From an uncultured Ignavibacteriaceae bacterium (GTDB lineage Bacteria; Bacteroidota; Ignavibacteria; Ignavibacteriales; Ignavibacteriaceae), in the NCBI GenBank assembly GCA_963704275.1, contig CAVPHP010000006.1:8352-72351 (forward strand): a DNA stretch of 64,000 nucleotides. The letters run 5' to 3'. Position 1 is the stretch's first letter; the number at the start of each line of letters is the position of its first letter. Below the pieces are notes generated by a model. It did no database searches. It was not told the DNA's origin and saw nothing but the letters and a program-made list of their open reading frames with translations. Shown one piece after another: positions 18,638 through 30,300 of this stretch. Both the position numbers and the translations under genes were made by a program.

Positions 18638-19498
18638 ATGGCTAAAAAACAGAAGACAGAAAAAGCATATCATAATGAAGATTTTCTTGCATCATCAGAT
18701 GCGAGAACAATTAGATTATTGGCGGAATATCTTGAACCAAAAGCGCGATTTAAAAAACATAAAATTATGGATACCATTGTATTCTTTGGGTCAGCTAGAT
18801 TAAAATCCCGCAAAGAAGCCAATGCAGAACTCACTAAATTTAAAAATGCTAATCCTAAAACAATTGCAAACTTTGCACAGGAATTACGTAAAGCACAGCA
18901 TCACGTAGCTATGTCTAAATATTACGAAGACGCTGTTGAACTATCCAGACGATTAACAGAGTGGTCTATGAACCTTGAAACTAAGGCAAATCGATTTATA
19001 ATCTGTACCGGCGGCGGACCTGGAATAATGGAAGCCGCAAATAGAGGCGCAAAAAAAGCAGGTGGATATTCTGTGGGACTAAATATCAGCATTCCATTTG
19101 AGCAGTATGTTAATCCATATGTTACCAAAGAGCTTAGTTTTGAATTCCATTATTTCTTTATGCGCAAATTCTGGTTTTCTTATCTTTCAAAAGCGCTTGT
19201 AGTTTTTCCGGGTGGATTCGGTACTTTCGATGAACTTTTTGAAGTCTTAACGCTTGTTCAAACTGAAAAGATTAGAAAAAAATTAGGAATTGTTATTTAC
19301 GATGAAAAGTACTGGAAAAGTGTTGTGAACTTTGATGCGTTGATTGAGCATGGAGTAATTAACGAAGCGGATTTAAAATTATTTCACTTTTGCAATGATG
19401 TTGATTCAGCTTTTAAAATTATTAAGGAACATTTAGAGAAAAACTTCTTGAAGGAAAAAGAACCTTCTGTAATCGAACCAAGAATTCATATCAAATAA
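18638..19498 (+). CDS. LOG-family (TIGR00730-type) nucleotide phosphoribohydrolase-like protein
   Basis: The Rossmann motif is CTGGGPGIMEAANRGA and the family signature is VFPGGFGTFDELFEVLTL. Confidence 0.8.
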   Translation: MAKKQKTEKAYHNEDFLASSDARTIRLLAEYLEPKARFKKHKIMDTIVFFGSARLKSRKEANAELTKFKNANPKTIANFAQELRKAQHHVAMSKYYEDAVELSRRLTEWSMNLETKANRFIICTGGGPGIMEAANRGAKKAGGYSVGLNISIPFEQYVNPYVTKELSFEFHYFFMRKFWFSYLSKALVVFPGGFGTFDELFEVLTLVQTEKIRKKLGIVIYDEKYWKSVVNFDALIEHGVINEADLKLFHFCNDVDSAFKIIKEHLEKNFLKEKEPSVIEPRIHIK

Positions 19499-19531
19499 AA
19501 AAAATCCCGCTTAAAAGGCGGGATTTTTTAA
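19497..19531. terminator. bidirectional rho-independent terminator
   Basis: The sequence aaaaaaaatcccgc-ttaaaag-gcgggatttttt forms a perfect 8-bp GC-cored stem (19503..19510 / 19518..19525). It is flanked by an A-run and a T-run, between convergent stops at 19498 and 19537. Confidence 0.8.
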
Positions 19532-19536
19532 TTACA

Positions 19537-19731
19537 TTACATCATAATGTTATCAGGGCGATGAGCACGTCTTGCGGCTTTTATCTTTTCCATTCTTTTC
19601 TTAATCGAGGGCTTTACAAAAAAAGTACGTTTCTTGAATTCCTTAAGAATTCCCGAGCGTTCATATTTTTTCTTAAATCTCCTAAGAGCTTTATCGATGG
19701 ATTCGTTATCGCCAATTTGAATACCGACCAA
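19537..19731 (-). CDS. rpsU: 30S ribosomal protein S21
   Basis: 64 aa: ESIDKALRRFKKKYERSGILKEFKKRTFFVKPSIKKRMEKIKAARR. Confidence 0.95.
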   Translation of the reverse strand: MVGIQIGDNESIDKALRRFKKKYERSGILKEFKKRTFFVKPSIKKRMEKIKAARRAHRPDNIMM

Positions 19732-20139
19732 TTATATCACCTCGCTTTGTTCGTCTTGGTCTGTTTGTTTAATGTAAGATTCAACTAATTTTTTATTTCC
19801 AGAATTTTGAAATTCAACTGAAATTGATTTTTGACCGTTTGATAAAATTTCTTTTGAAACTACTTTCCCAAAATCATTCCAATTTTCGTGAAAGATTGTT
19901 TCTCCAATCTCAAAAGATTTAGAAGGGGCATAAGTAGCGCATTTATCGTTTTCAATTCCTTCTAAAGAAACTTTTTGTTTTACAACATCTTCGGAAAGAC
20001 TAATAATCATTGTCTGTTTGCATTTTTTGCATTTCGCCCATCGTTTATTTTCATCACCGGCAACTTCACCGGTCAATTCCATCTTTCTTATACCATTACA
20101 AATGCTGCAATGAGCTTCAACATTTTTTACTTTAGCCAT
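19732..20139 (-). CDS. zinc-ribbon protein of unknown function
   Basis: 135 aa with two CxxC pairs (HCSICNG, KCKKCKQ). The C-terminal part FEIGETIFHENWNDFGKVVSKE..ISVEF looks like a small SH3/Tudor-like barrel. Its stop codon abuts the rpsU start with no spacer. Confidence 0.6.
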   Translation of the reverse strand: MAKVKNVEAHCSICNGIRKMELTGEVAGDENKRWAKCKKCKQTMIISLSEDVVKQKVSLEGIENDKCATYAPSKSFEIGETIFHENWNDFGKVVSKEILSNGQKSISVEFQNSGNKKLVESYIKQTDQDEQSEVI

Positions 20140-20169
20140 AATTTACCTTTTTAACAAGATTGCGAGCCT

Positions 20170-20670
20170 CTAAAATATCAAATCATTGTTGATAATGCAA
20201 GAAACCGCTTTTAGCTTAGATTTTGAGGGCGGAGTGGTAACCAAAACAGGGATTTTTGAATATCTTATAACTTTTTCAGCAACGCTGCCAAGTAAAGTGT
20301 GCAAAATTCCGGTTCTTCCGTGTGTGGCGATAACGATTATATCTATCTTTTTTTCTTTAGAATATTTGATAATCTCTTCAAAATCCACACCTTTTCTAAT
20401 TGCCGGGATAATTTCAGCATCTCGAATTTTCTTTATTTTTTTTATACAATCATCCAATTGTGATTGCGCGTCAGCATCTATTGATTGTATTATTTTTTCG
20501 CGTGATAAATCAAGTGAACGAATTGCTAAAATTGGTGGAGTTTTTTCAAGAACATTTAATACATGCAGATTGGCTTTATATTCATTTGCTAATTCAAGAG
20601 CATATTCTGCAGCGGTTAATGATGTAGTGCTAAAATCTGTTGGTAAAAGGATGTTTTTAATTTTAAACAT
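20170..20670 (-). CDS. universal stress protein (UspA family)
   Basis: ILLPTDFS..A..YALELA at the N-terminus and IVIATHGRTGILHTLLGSVAEKVIRYSKIPVLV at the C-terminus. Confidence 0.85.
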   Translation of the reverse strand: MFKIKNILLPTDFSTTSLTAAEYALELANEYKANLHVLNVLEKTPPILAIRSLDLSREKIIQSIDADAQSQLDDCIKKIKKIRDAEIIPAIRKGVDFEEIIKYSKEKKIDIIVIATHGRTGILHTLLGSVAEKVIRYSKIPVLVTTPPSKSKLKAVSCIINNDLIF

Positions 20671-20685
20671 TTTTTAATTCCTTAT

Positions 20686-21522
20686 TTAAAGACTACAAAA
20701 AAGTTCTTGAACTTGTTTTGGATTTGCGTTGGAAACAACAGCACAAATATTATTTTCAACTTTAGTAAATAATGTAACTGAATTGTCTGTTACAGAAGTA
20801 TAACAATTTCCTTCATCCAGATATTTTATTAAATCATCAGACAGGCTAATTATTTCATGACTATATAAATAGGATTCATCTACCTGAAATAAATATGCGA
20901 GCTTGCCTTCTTTATCCACATAAACATGATGAGCAAATTTTTCACCTTTATCTTCGGAAACAACTGCGCCAAGTAAATTCCAATCTAAAACATTTGGAAC
21001 TGACGTTGCGTATTTAACTCCGTTTGTAACAAAAAAGTTTTTAATCTCATCTGCACTTTTACTTGCAAGCTGTGGGGCTAATTTACCTTGAATAATACTA
21101 TTAAAATTAGTTTGTGCTTGAACAAACATATTATCACTGCCAAGCTGCTCTATTGCAAAATCTTTATTCTCTATATCTACGGGTCTATTTATAAATATCA
21201 AAACTATTGCTAATACTACCACAAAAGCAGTGGCAAATGAGAATGATGGTTTTTCAAATAATCCTGAGAAAAAAGATTTGTTTGCAGATTCGACCTTTGT
21301 TGTAGAGCCAATTGATTTTAAAATTTTTGCTTTAACCTTATCCGGAGTTTTTTGAAATACAACTTTTTCTTTAATTAGATTTTTAACTACGGATTGCATT
21401 TTAAAATCAATTGCAAATTCTTTATCAGATGCTATTTTAGAAAAAAGTTCTTGCTTTACATCTGCATCAGTTATTTCGCCATCAACTAAGGCGGTTATCA
21501 TATCTATTGTCATTTCCATCAT
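20686..21522 (-). CDS. putative anti-sigma factor (single-pass membrane protein)
   Basis: It overlaps the upstream ECF sigma gene by 4 nt. The N-terminal helix is DMITALVDGEITD, and a single TM (FSFATAFVVVLAIVLIFI) sits mid-protein. The call rests on context and architecture. Confidence 0.55.
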   Translation of the reverse strand: MMEMTIDMITALVDGEITDADVKQELFSKIASDKEFAIDFKMQSVVKNLIKEKVVFQKTPDKVKAKILKSIGSTTKVESANKSFFSGLFEKPSFSFATAFVVVLAIVLIFINRPVDIENKDFAIEQLGSDNMFVQAQTNFNSIIQGKLAPQLASKSADEIKNFFVTNGVKYATSVPNVLDWNLLGAVVSEDKGEKFAHHVYVDKEGKLAYLFQVDESYLYSHEIISLSDDLIKYLDEGNCYTSVTDNSVTLFTKVENNICAVVSNANPKQVQELFCSL

Positions 21523-22124
21523 TTCTTATCCTTCACTTTCGCTACGTAGCCCTTATCACTGGCATAATCGTGAAGCTTTGTAAAAAGCATTTTTCTTGCG
21601 CGATGTAAACGTGAACGAACTGTTCCAACCGGAACATCAACAAAATCTGCAATCTCATCATAAGTATAACCCTCAATATCACACAGAATTATTACTGTGC
21701 GAAAATCTTCCGGCAAGGATGAAATTGCGCTGGAAAGTTCGTCATCAAGAAGATTATCATAAATATCTTTTTCAAGGTGTGCGCTATCGGTAGATGATGG
21801 TTTAATATTTTCATAAAAATTTTCAATCTCTTCGTAATCAACTTTGTCTGGTTCTTTTGCATTTTTTCTGTACGTATTGATGAACGTATTTTTCATGATC
21901 CTAAACAACCAGGCCTTGCAATTAGTTCCTTGTTCGAACTTATCCCAAAAGCGAAAAGCTTTTAAATATGTTTCCTGAATCAAATCGCTTGCATCGTCAC
22001 TATCGCCTGTCATTTTAACAGCGTAGTTGTACAAAGCATCCATGTGGGGCACAGCTTGGCGCTCAAACTCCTGGTTTAACTTTTGTTCATCTGAATTAAG
22101 TATTGCGAGTAGAAAAGCGAACAT
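21519..22124 (-). CDS. ECF-type RNA polymerase sigma-70 family factor
   Basis: Region 2 is DASDLIQETYLKAFRFWDKF..WLFRIMKNTFIN. Region 4 is YTYDEIADFVDVPVGTVRSRLHRARKML. Confidence 0.9.
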   Translation of the reverse strand: MFAFLLAILNSDEQKLNQEFERQAVPHMDALYNYAVKMTGDSDDASDLIQETYLKAFRFWDKFEQGTNCKAWLFRIMKNTFINTYRKNAKEPDKVDYEEIENFYENIKPSSTDSAHLEKDIYDNLLDDELSSAISSLPEDFRTVIILCDIEGYTYDEIADFVDVPVGTVRSRLHRARKMLFTKLHDYASDKGYVAKVKDKK

Positions 22125-22195
22125 AAATTCCTTTTTAAGAAATTAAGCTTTATTTTTTTTGTAATTATAGTTATTAAAGAACAATAATCAAATTA

Positions 22196-23650
22196 TTATC
22201 TGATTACCATTCCGTTGCCTTCAAACTTACGATTCTTTTCAATTTTTTGTAAAAAGCCGTTTATAATGATGTAAGAAATTTTATCATCTTTTTTTAAGAT
22301 AAAATTTGCTGGCTCACCAATGTTTATTGTTGTATCAATCTTACTTTTTAAGGCAAGATTTATTGGGTACTTAGAATATCTTTCTTCAGGCAATTTTTTT
22401 ACAAGCACAGTTGAAAATCCTTTTGAGTATAGATTTATAAAATCATAATCCTTTAATTCTTTTATAGATAAAACTTTTTTGTCGTAAACAGCAGCTTGTT
22501 CAATCGTGTAACCTCTAAAATCATAATCGTTGTAACCGTAGTAAGTAGATAAATCTCCAAGATCTTCTACACGCGATTTATAGTAAATAACTTTTTCATT
22601 TGGAACTTCAAACTCATCTAAATTAATTCCTACATCTATTTTGATTTTTTGCTTGCCGCTTTTAAGTGTCAGGTTTCTTAAAATCAAATCGAAAATATAC
22701 TTGTCATTAAACGGAATTGATTCATAAACATCAGCGCTTGTATTTGTGTATCTTTCTTCCGCAATAGATTTGAAAGCAGAAAGCAGCGCTATAAAATTTA
22801 ATTTGCGGATAAACTGTTTTTCCGGATCATCTTTCCAGCCGCCAGATTCAATAAGAATTGTACTAGTTCCCCATTTTTGAAAATTATCACCAAAAGCTCG
22901 CGGTTCATATTCATCAGAATATTTTGCGATGTGTCCGGGAATAAATCGTGAAAGTGAATTGAACATATTTCCAATCAACTGAACTGCTTTATTGCGAACA
23001 TTGTTAAAATCTTTATTTTCATTGTAAGCAGGCGCTAGAAAACTTATAGTAGCTGTTCTAAAACTATTTCCAACAGAGTATAGGTGACTTTGATCGTGAA
23101 GATTAAAACCAAAATCTGCTTTTAAACTATCAAATACACTTTTTAAGATTATTGCTTCGGGGCATTGCAAGCGCGAAGCATCACGATTCAAATCGATATC
23201 ATAAAAATTTCTTCGCTTAAATCTTTCGGCACCATCTGGATTTACCATTGGTAAAAAGTAAAGTGTAACTCGTTCAAAAAGTACATCACAAAAATCTTTA
23301 TTTTCCGGTGCATTAATGAAATTAAAAATATCAAACAAGGCTGCAGTTGCTGTGGGTTCATCGCCGTGCATTTGAGACCACATATATACTTTAATTTTCC
23401 CTTTGCCGATTGTAATTAAGTTTAACTCTCTACCTTCAACAGATTTACCGACAACTTTAACTTTAAATCCATCTTTATTTTTTAACTTATTTATTAACGG
23501 CATTATATCGGAATGTTTAAATCGTCTGTGAGTTAAACTGGATTCCTTGTATCGATCATAAGATTGATACAGGTGCTGTTCAAAATCATAATTCTGTGCC
23601 ATAATTATTTCTGAGATTATTATTGTTAAGATGACGAGAAGTGTTTTCAT
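22196..23650 (-). CDS. M14-family zinc carboxypeptidase
   Basis: Signal peptide present. The zinc ligand motif is SQMHGDEPTATAA (HxxE), with NPDG and LHDQS-type downstream motifs. 484 aa. Confidence 0.75.
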   Translation of the reverse strand: MKTLLVILTIIISEIIMAQNYDFEQHLYQSYDRYKESSLTHRRFKHSDIMPLINKLKNKDGFKVKVVGKSVEGRELNLITIGKGKIKVYMWSQMHGDEPTATAALFDIFNFINAPENKDFCDVLFERVTLYFLPMVNPDGAERFKRRNFYDIDLNRDASRLQCPEAIILKSVFDSLKADFGFNLHDQSHLYSVGNSFRTATISFLAPAYNENKDFNNVRNKAVQLIGNMFNSLSRFIPGHIAKYSDEYEPRAFGDNFQKWGTSTILIESGGWKDDPEKQFIRKLNFIALLSAFKSIAEERYTNTSADVYESIPFNDKYIFDLILRNLTLKSGKQKIKIDVGINLDEFEVPNEKVIYYKSRVEDLGDLSTYYGYNDYDFRGYTIEQAAVYDKKVLSIKELKDYDFINLYSKGFSTVLVKKLPEERYSKYPINLALKSKIDTTINIGEPANFILKKDDKISYIIINGFLQKIEKNRKFEGNGMVIR

Positions 23651-23706
23651 TTTTTGATATTTTTGTTCAGTTAACTAAAAGATTATTTAACTAAAGGAAA
23701 ATTACC

Positions 23707-24246
23707 ATGTCTGACAACAAATTGAAAATTGATTCTGCGATTCCTGAATTTTCAATATTAGGAATTGATGATAAAACTTACAGCTTAAAAACTTTTTCCG
23801 ATAAAAATATATTGATTATTATATTCAGTTGTAATCATTGTCCGTATGTGCAAGCTTATGAAGAACGAATTATTAATTTGCAAAAAGATTTTGAAAAAGA
23901 TGGAGTTCAAATCATTGCAATAAATTCTAATGATGATGTAAAATATCCTGATGACTCATTTGATGAAATGAAAAAAAGAGCTGAACTAAAAAAGTTTAAC
24001 TTTCCATATTTGCGTGATGAAACTCAAGATGTTGCAAAAGCATTTGGCGCAACACACACACCGCAAATATTTCTGTTTGATAAACAAAGAAAACTAAAAT
24101 ACGAAGGCAAAATTGATGACAACTGGCAGGAACCTGAAAAAGTTAAATCTGCTTATTTAAAAGATGCAATTGTAGAAGTGCTAAATGAAAAAGAAGTTTC
24201 CGTTCCAGAAACATTTTCTATAGGCTGTACTATTAAGTGGAAATAA
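23707..24246 (+). CDS. thioredoxin-fold (redoxin/AhpC-TSA-like) protein
   Basis: The redox motif is IIIFSCNHCPYV, and the conserved HTPQIFLFD region is present. Confidence 0.8.
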   Translation: MSDNKLKIDSAIPEFSILGIDDKTYSLKTFSDKNILIIIFSCNHCPYVQAYEERIINLQKDFEKDGVQIIAINSNDDVKYPDDSFDEMKKRAELKKFNFPYLRDETQDVAKAFGATHTPQIFLFDKQRKLKYEGKIDDNWQEPEKVKSAYLKDAIVEVLNEKEVSVPETFSIGCTIKWK

Positions 24247-24285
24247 TAATACTATAGGATTAATTATTTAAGTACAATTAATGTT

Positions 24286-25957
24286 TTAACGCAGTATTAT
24301 CATCTTACGTGATACACTGCTGTTATTTGAGTTTATGCGATAAATATAAATTCCGCTTGCAAGACCTAATGAGTTGAATCTTATTCTATAAGTTCCTTCA
24401 TCTTTTACTTCATCTAAAAGTGTGCGGACCTCTCTTCCAAGTATATCAAAAATCTTTAAGGAAATATGTTCTTGTTGCGGAATTCCAAATTTTATGGTTG
24501 TCTCCGGATTGAAAGGATTAGGAAAATTTTGAAATAATAAAAGTTGGTCTGGTATAATTTCACTTTCAACTATATCGGGTAAATTAGTTGTATCAACATA
24601 ATCAATCTTATATGGGGTTGTACCATAAGCAAGAGTATCATAAGGCAGCGATCTTAACAGCATTGCTTTTTCCCGCATAATCTTAATACTCTCAAAACGA
24701 TTATTGCCTAACGCAGGAGTTAGTGCAATCATAATCCATTGCGTATCATTTGGCTGCAAGATTAAATGGTCCCGTAAACATTACAAATCCTGCACCACCA
24801 CCAGTAGAATTTTTAGGATATATCCACCCTTGATTTGTAATTGGATCACCACTGAGTTGAAATTTTGTAATCTCTCCATTTGAAGGATCGATGTTTGGCA
24901 GACCGTCACTTTGCAATCCGTTTGCCATGTTCCAAGCATCGTTAATGGAACCCGCCATAGTAAAAGGTTGAGAAATTGTCTGATCATCATTAATACCATG
25001 AAACGATGTAAGAAGTAGATTTTTGTGATCAGATAAATATCTTCCATTGAATACTGAATTCTGTCCTTCTGAAGGAACAGAGGGCCCATAGATTAATGTA
25101 AATCCCACAGCAGCGGGTGCTCTTTGAGGGATGTTAGTGTAAAAAGTGTCGCTGAGAGCCCAGCAGTAGCCAACCTGAGCAACGGTATCAACTGCAGGAG
25201 GATTCAAATGTGCTATATAAAAATCAATATCATTCCAAAAACCAAAGAATGCAGAATCAATATTTGAGTTACCTTTATTGATAATTAAATATTCAAAGAA
25301 AATCGTATTTGAAAAAATATCTTCATTATCTTTTTTATTACCTGCTCGCGCAAATGCTAATTGTTGAATTTCTATTGGAAGTAAATTCAGGTAATTATTT
25401 GGTTGAAACCATTGCCAATAATTTAGAGTTGTTGAGTCCGCTGCGTTAAAGGCTGTCCATAAAGTTTGATCGCCTTTTATTAATGGGTTTCCATTATTAT
25501 CAACCGGAGCTCCTAAGTCTGTTGGCCAGTTATTATAATCCGGATTATTTTGATCATCACCTTTATTAATTTTATAAATTGTATATCTTGATGAATCTAA
25601 AGGATTATAAAGCATTGCAGCCTGCCCATTAATAATTGGACCCGGAGAAAAATGTGTGTTCCACTCGGTAACACTTGAATGTTTTTCACCATTTATTTTT
25701 CCAAGAATCCATAACCCTTGATCATATACAATCCCTGTATTATTTAACCCTCTTCCAGTAAGATAATCTCTGTAACTCAATTGATTCCAAAACGTACCTT
25801 CTAAATATTCTAATCCTAGAGTTCCTAGGTTACTAAGTGATGATTTAATTTGGTTAATATCAAGTTGTTTTATGTCTCGCTGACGATATTGCCATTGGCT
25901 GAAGGATGAAGAAGTCAGGAAAAGTGATGCAAATAAAATATATATTATATTTTTCAT
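24286..25957 (-). pseudogene. T9SS-sorted secreted protein split by a frameshift near 24750
   Basis: ORF 24746..25957 ends ..FTGPFNLAAK*. ORF 24286..24759 continues in another frame as (L)QPNDTQWIMIALTPALG... Removing one T from aatcttgcag joins them as GPFNLQPNDTQ. The C-terminus is LFQNFPNPFNPETTIKF..RKMIILR (T9SS CTD). Confidence 0.7.
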
Positions 25958-26026
25958 TTTGTTCCCCTAAATATCAATTAGATATGTAGATGGTTGTTTA
26001 AGTTTCCCTTAGTAATGTTTTTTAAT

Positions 26027-26722
26027 CTAATACATCAAACCTAAATTAAGCGTAATAAAAAACCCTTGTATTTCAGTTTTCTCACGTCCGTAAAGACTTT
26101 CAACTCCGCCATTGAGAAGTTTGGAATAATAATATCTAAAAGTTATTCCAACTAAACTAGATTTATCCAAACCAAAGTTTGCACCCAAACCAACATATCC
26201 GCCAACAGCGTATTTAGCTTGCGCTTTGCCAAACGAGTTAAAAAATTCTAATTCATAAGGAGTTGTTACAAGAATCGTTGGTCCTACGCCCGCGCAAAGA
26301 AATGGTCTCAAATTATCTGAAACTGTATTTTCAAAAAGTCTGTACTGCATTCCAAAGTTAATTGGTAATTGAAAGATTCTATTTTTTTTTGAAGCAGTTA
26401 CAAATGTTCCGGAGTAATAATCATAGTATTCAAACTCACGATCATCCTTAGTTTCAGAAAATGAAAGATCAGCAAAGGCTGTCCATTTTGTGGTTATTTC
26501 TCTTCTATAAAAAGTACCAAGCCCAAAGCCTGCATCGCCAAACATAATGTCCATTCCCCATGCATTAGTTGGAAAAACTTCCAAAGGTTTTGGAGGTGCA
26601 AGTTCACCAATGCTTTGTGCATAATTGGTTGTAACGGGAATTGCAGCAGCCAATAAGCAAACGATGGTTAAATATTTTAGTTTAAATTTGATTGTCTTTT
26701 GGTATTTCATTTCGTTCAACAT
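26027..26722 (-). CDS. outer-membrane beta-barrel protein
   Basis: Signal peptide present, with alternating aromatic/Gly-rich beta-strand pattern. The C-terminus is ..GFFITLNLGLMY, with a terminal aromatic residue. Confidence 0.6.
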   Translation of the reverse strand: MLNEMKYQKTIKFKLKYLTIVCLLAAAIPVTTNYAQSIGELAPPKPLEVFPTNAWGMDIMFGDAGFGLGTFYRREITTKWTAFADLSFSETKDDREFEYYDYYSGTFVTASKKNRIFQLPINFGMQYRLFENTVSDNLRPFLCAGVGPTILVTTPYELEFFNSFGKAQAKYAVGGYVGLGANFGLDKSSLVGITFRYYYSKLLNGGVESLYGREKTEIQGFFITLNLGLMY

Positions 26723-26828
26723 TTTAATCTTATTATTTTTCTATTATTAAAATAATTATTGAAACAACAATATCAATGTATTTTTTAATCATTAATTTAG
26801 AAACACAGTAAAATTAGGTATAAAGCGC

Positions 26829-27339
26829 ATGCCAAAAAATCTTGAAATAAAAGTAAAACTATCATCGCATAAAGAAGTCGAAATCAATTCTTAAAATGAA
26901 TAAAATCGGATTTGAAGAATTATTAATCCAAAAAGATATTTATTACAAGGTTGATAGAGGAATTTTAAAACTTAGAATCGAAAACGGAACTCAGATATTA
27001 ATTTTTTATGATAGGAATGAAAAATCAAAAAAGCGCTGGTCTGATTATCATCTTTTGCAGATAGATAAAACCGACGGCAATAAATATTTAAATAGATTTT
27101 TGGATATACTAGTTATCGTAAACAAGAAAAGAGAATTGTACCTTTACAATAACACAAGAATCCATTTAGACCATGTAAGCGGCTTGGGTTACTTTTTAGA
27201 ATTAGAAACACGTGTTTTAAATGGATTGAAAGACGCTGAAAAAAGATTTGCGGAAATGATTAGCTTGTTGAAGCTTGATAATAAAAAGGAAATCAGAGCT
27301 TCGTACAAAGATTTGTTAATAAGTAAAAATAAAAAATGA
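26829..27339 (+). pseudogene. CYTH-domain protein (class IV adenylate cyclase/CyaB-like) with a frameshift near 26857-26891
   Basis: The short ORF from ATG 26829 (MPKNLEIKVKLSSHKEVEINS*) carries the N-terminal EIK motif of CYTH enzymes. The body continues in another frame as track ORF 26896..27339 (..ILKLRIENGTQILIFYDR..TRIHLDHVSGLGYFLELE). Confidence 0.65.
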
Positions 27340-30300
27340 TTTTATCGAAAAACAAAATTGAAAAATTAGATCCTGATATACTGATAAATGAGTTTATTGA
27401 GCAGGAAAAACTTGGTGAACTATTAATTATTGTCCCGACAAATCGAAAAATAAGATATTTAAAAAGAGAATTAGTAACACGCTCACCGGGCAAATCAATT
27501 TCTAAAATTAATCTTCACACTTTTGAAACTTTTGTAAATCAAATTTTTCAATTAAATGAATTTGCTGGATTTAAATCTCTTAGCGAAGCCGCTTCCGCAG
27601 TATTGCTTAGCAAGGCATTTAAGAAAACTGATTTAAAATATTTTTCAAATTATAAAGATGAAATTCCGCGCGGAACTTTAGACAGAATAAAAAATGTAAT
27701 AACACAGTACAAGTTAAATGGAATTTTACCAGCTCAAATCTTATATGAATCGGAAAAGCTTGATGGTTCTGAAAAATTAAAAGCGATAGACATCGCAAAT
27801 GTTTATAAAAATTATTTATCGTTTTGTAAAGATTTAAAAGTTTATGAAACAGGCGATGTGTATTCTGAAGTGCTTGCGTTGGAGAAAAAAGATTTTGAAA
27901 CAAGGTTTTATAAATCGTTTACTGAAATAAAAAAAATATTAATAAATGGATTTGATGAATTCACTCAACCCGAAATTGATATTATTAATTTCACTGCTAA
28001 CATTGCAGGCATAGAACTTTATGTGATTTTTGATTACTACCGATTTAATCCGGCTTTGTTTTCTCATCTTGATAGCTGTTATGAAAAGTTTAAGACAAAA
28101 GGATTTGCTGAAGTTGAAGACACATCAATAATTCAGTTTATTGATTATCAAAAAAGAGTACGCGAAAAATTATTTTTGTTGAATGAAAATGACTCGCCAA
28201 CCCAAAGTGAAATTGAAACGATTAAAATTAATGCTCAATCACCTGAAGAAGAAATAAGATTAATTGCTAAAGAAATAAAAACACTTATTACAACAAATAA
28301 TGTTGATGTTGATTCGATTACAGTTGCATTTAATTTGATTTCTGATCACTCGGCGATTATACGTGATGTTTTTAATGAATACGGAATTCCATTTAATTTA
28401 ACTGATAGATATGCACTTAATGAATCGCAGCCTGTAATAGCACTAATAAATTTTTTAGAAATACTTGAAAACAATTTTTATTATAAAAATATTTTTCGTG
28501 CACTAACAGGCAGATGGATAAAAATCAATTCAGTTGATCTCTCAAATCTGCTTCGGGTTTCATCAAATCTTAAAATAGTTTCCGGTTACGGAAACTGGAT
28601 AGATTCTATAAGCAGAACTATTGAAGAAATAAAGTTTAATAATGATGATGAAGACAACCGCTTTTTACCAATTGAGTTTTATGAAAAAGCAAAAGATGAT
28701 ATTGAATCAATATTTGAGACATTAAAATCGTTTAAAGAAAAAAAAACTATTTATGATTTTAAAACTGAACTGCGAAAAATTATTTACACTTTAGATTTAC
28801 CGAAACGAATTATAAATGATTACGAACAGTATATTGAAAAAAACGTAAAAGCAGTTACAGTTTTTCTTGAAACACTCGATGAACTTTTTGATTTGCTTAT
28901 TGATGAAAATGGTGTTGATAAAAAATTTCCGTTAAGTTTTTTCTTATCGCAAATAAAAACTGCACTTCAATTTACTCGCTACAATATTAAAGAAAGGCAC
29001 GCAAGCGGAGTACTCGTAACATCGGTTAATGAAATACGCGGGTTAAACTTTGATTATGTTTTTATAGGAGGCTTGGTTGATGGTGAATTTCCAACCCGAT
29101 ACCAGCCGGAAATATTTATTTCGGGTTCTTATAGAAAAAATGAATACAATCACATTTTAGAAGATCGTTACCATTTTTATCAAACATTGTGCTGCGTAAA
29201 AAAGACGCTTTATCTTTCTTATTCATTTGCTGATGAGAAAAAAGAATTTACTCCTTCCACTTTTGTTAAAGATTTACAGCGACTTTTTATTATTAGGGAA
29301 AAATCAAATAAAGATTATGCAAATCTTGTTTACAGCAAAGCTGAGTTGATGAAATACGCTGCGTCTTTGGATGTTGAGATTGATAAAGATGAATTTGCAA
29401 AATTTGGAATTGATATTGATAAATTTAAAAAGGATTTAAATGTAGATAAATTAAGATCAGAAAATCCATTTGGTGAATCTGAATACACAGGAGATATTTC
29501 AATCAATATTTCTGATGAAGCAAAAACTAAACTTGCTGAACAAAAAGAAAAACAATACTCAGCATCACAGCTTGAGGAATATGCTAAATGTCCGTTCCAA
29601 TATTTTTTAAAACGGATTTTGCAGCTTGAAACAATTGAAGAACCGAATGAGGAGTTGGAGTCGTTTGAGCTTGGAAGTATTATTCACTCAATTCTTTATG
29701 AGTTTTATAAAACAATAAATGAAAAACAATTTATAATATCAGGCTGCAGTGATGAGCTTTTTAAAGAAATTGAAAAGATAATTTTCACTATTGCTGAAAA
29801 GAAACTTGATAAGCTAAGACTTAATTCATCACTAATATTTTTTGAACGAGAAAAAATTCTTGGTATTGGCGGCAGCATAAAAAAATCAATCTTATATAAA
29901 TTTTTGGAAGAAGAACGAAATAATACGGAAGGATTTAAACCGGAATATTTTGAAATGAGTTTTGGAAAATTTAAAAATCAAAAAGATGATGAAGTTAATG
30001 AAATGCTTATCGGTGATATTAAAGTTCGCGGAAAAATAGATAGAGTTGATGTTAAATCTGATGAAAACATTTACAAGGTTATTGATTACAAGCTGAGTGG
30101 GAAACGACCTGCAAAAAAAGAACTTGAAACTGGATTATCACTTCAACTGCCGCTTTATCTTTATGCATCAAAAAAAATGATTGAAGCCGAATTGGGAAAA
30201 GAGTTTAATCCTGCTGCAGCAATTATCTATTCATTAAAACTTAGTAATAAAGATTTTGGCGAACGAAAAATTCACGTAAGCAGTTCAAGAAATCCAACAG

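Noticed and set aside
20186-20677. 163-aa plus-strand ORF fully overlapping the Usp gene
   Set aside because: The minus-strand translation carries the UspA signature (ATHGRTGILHTLLGSVAEKVIRYSKIPVLV). The plus-strand product has no recognisable features.
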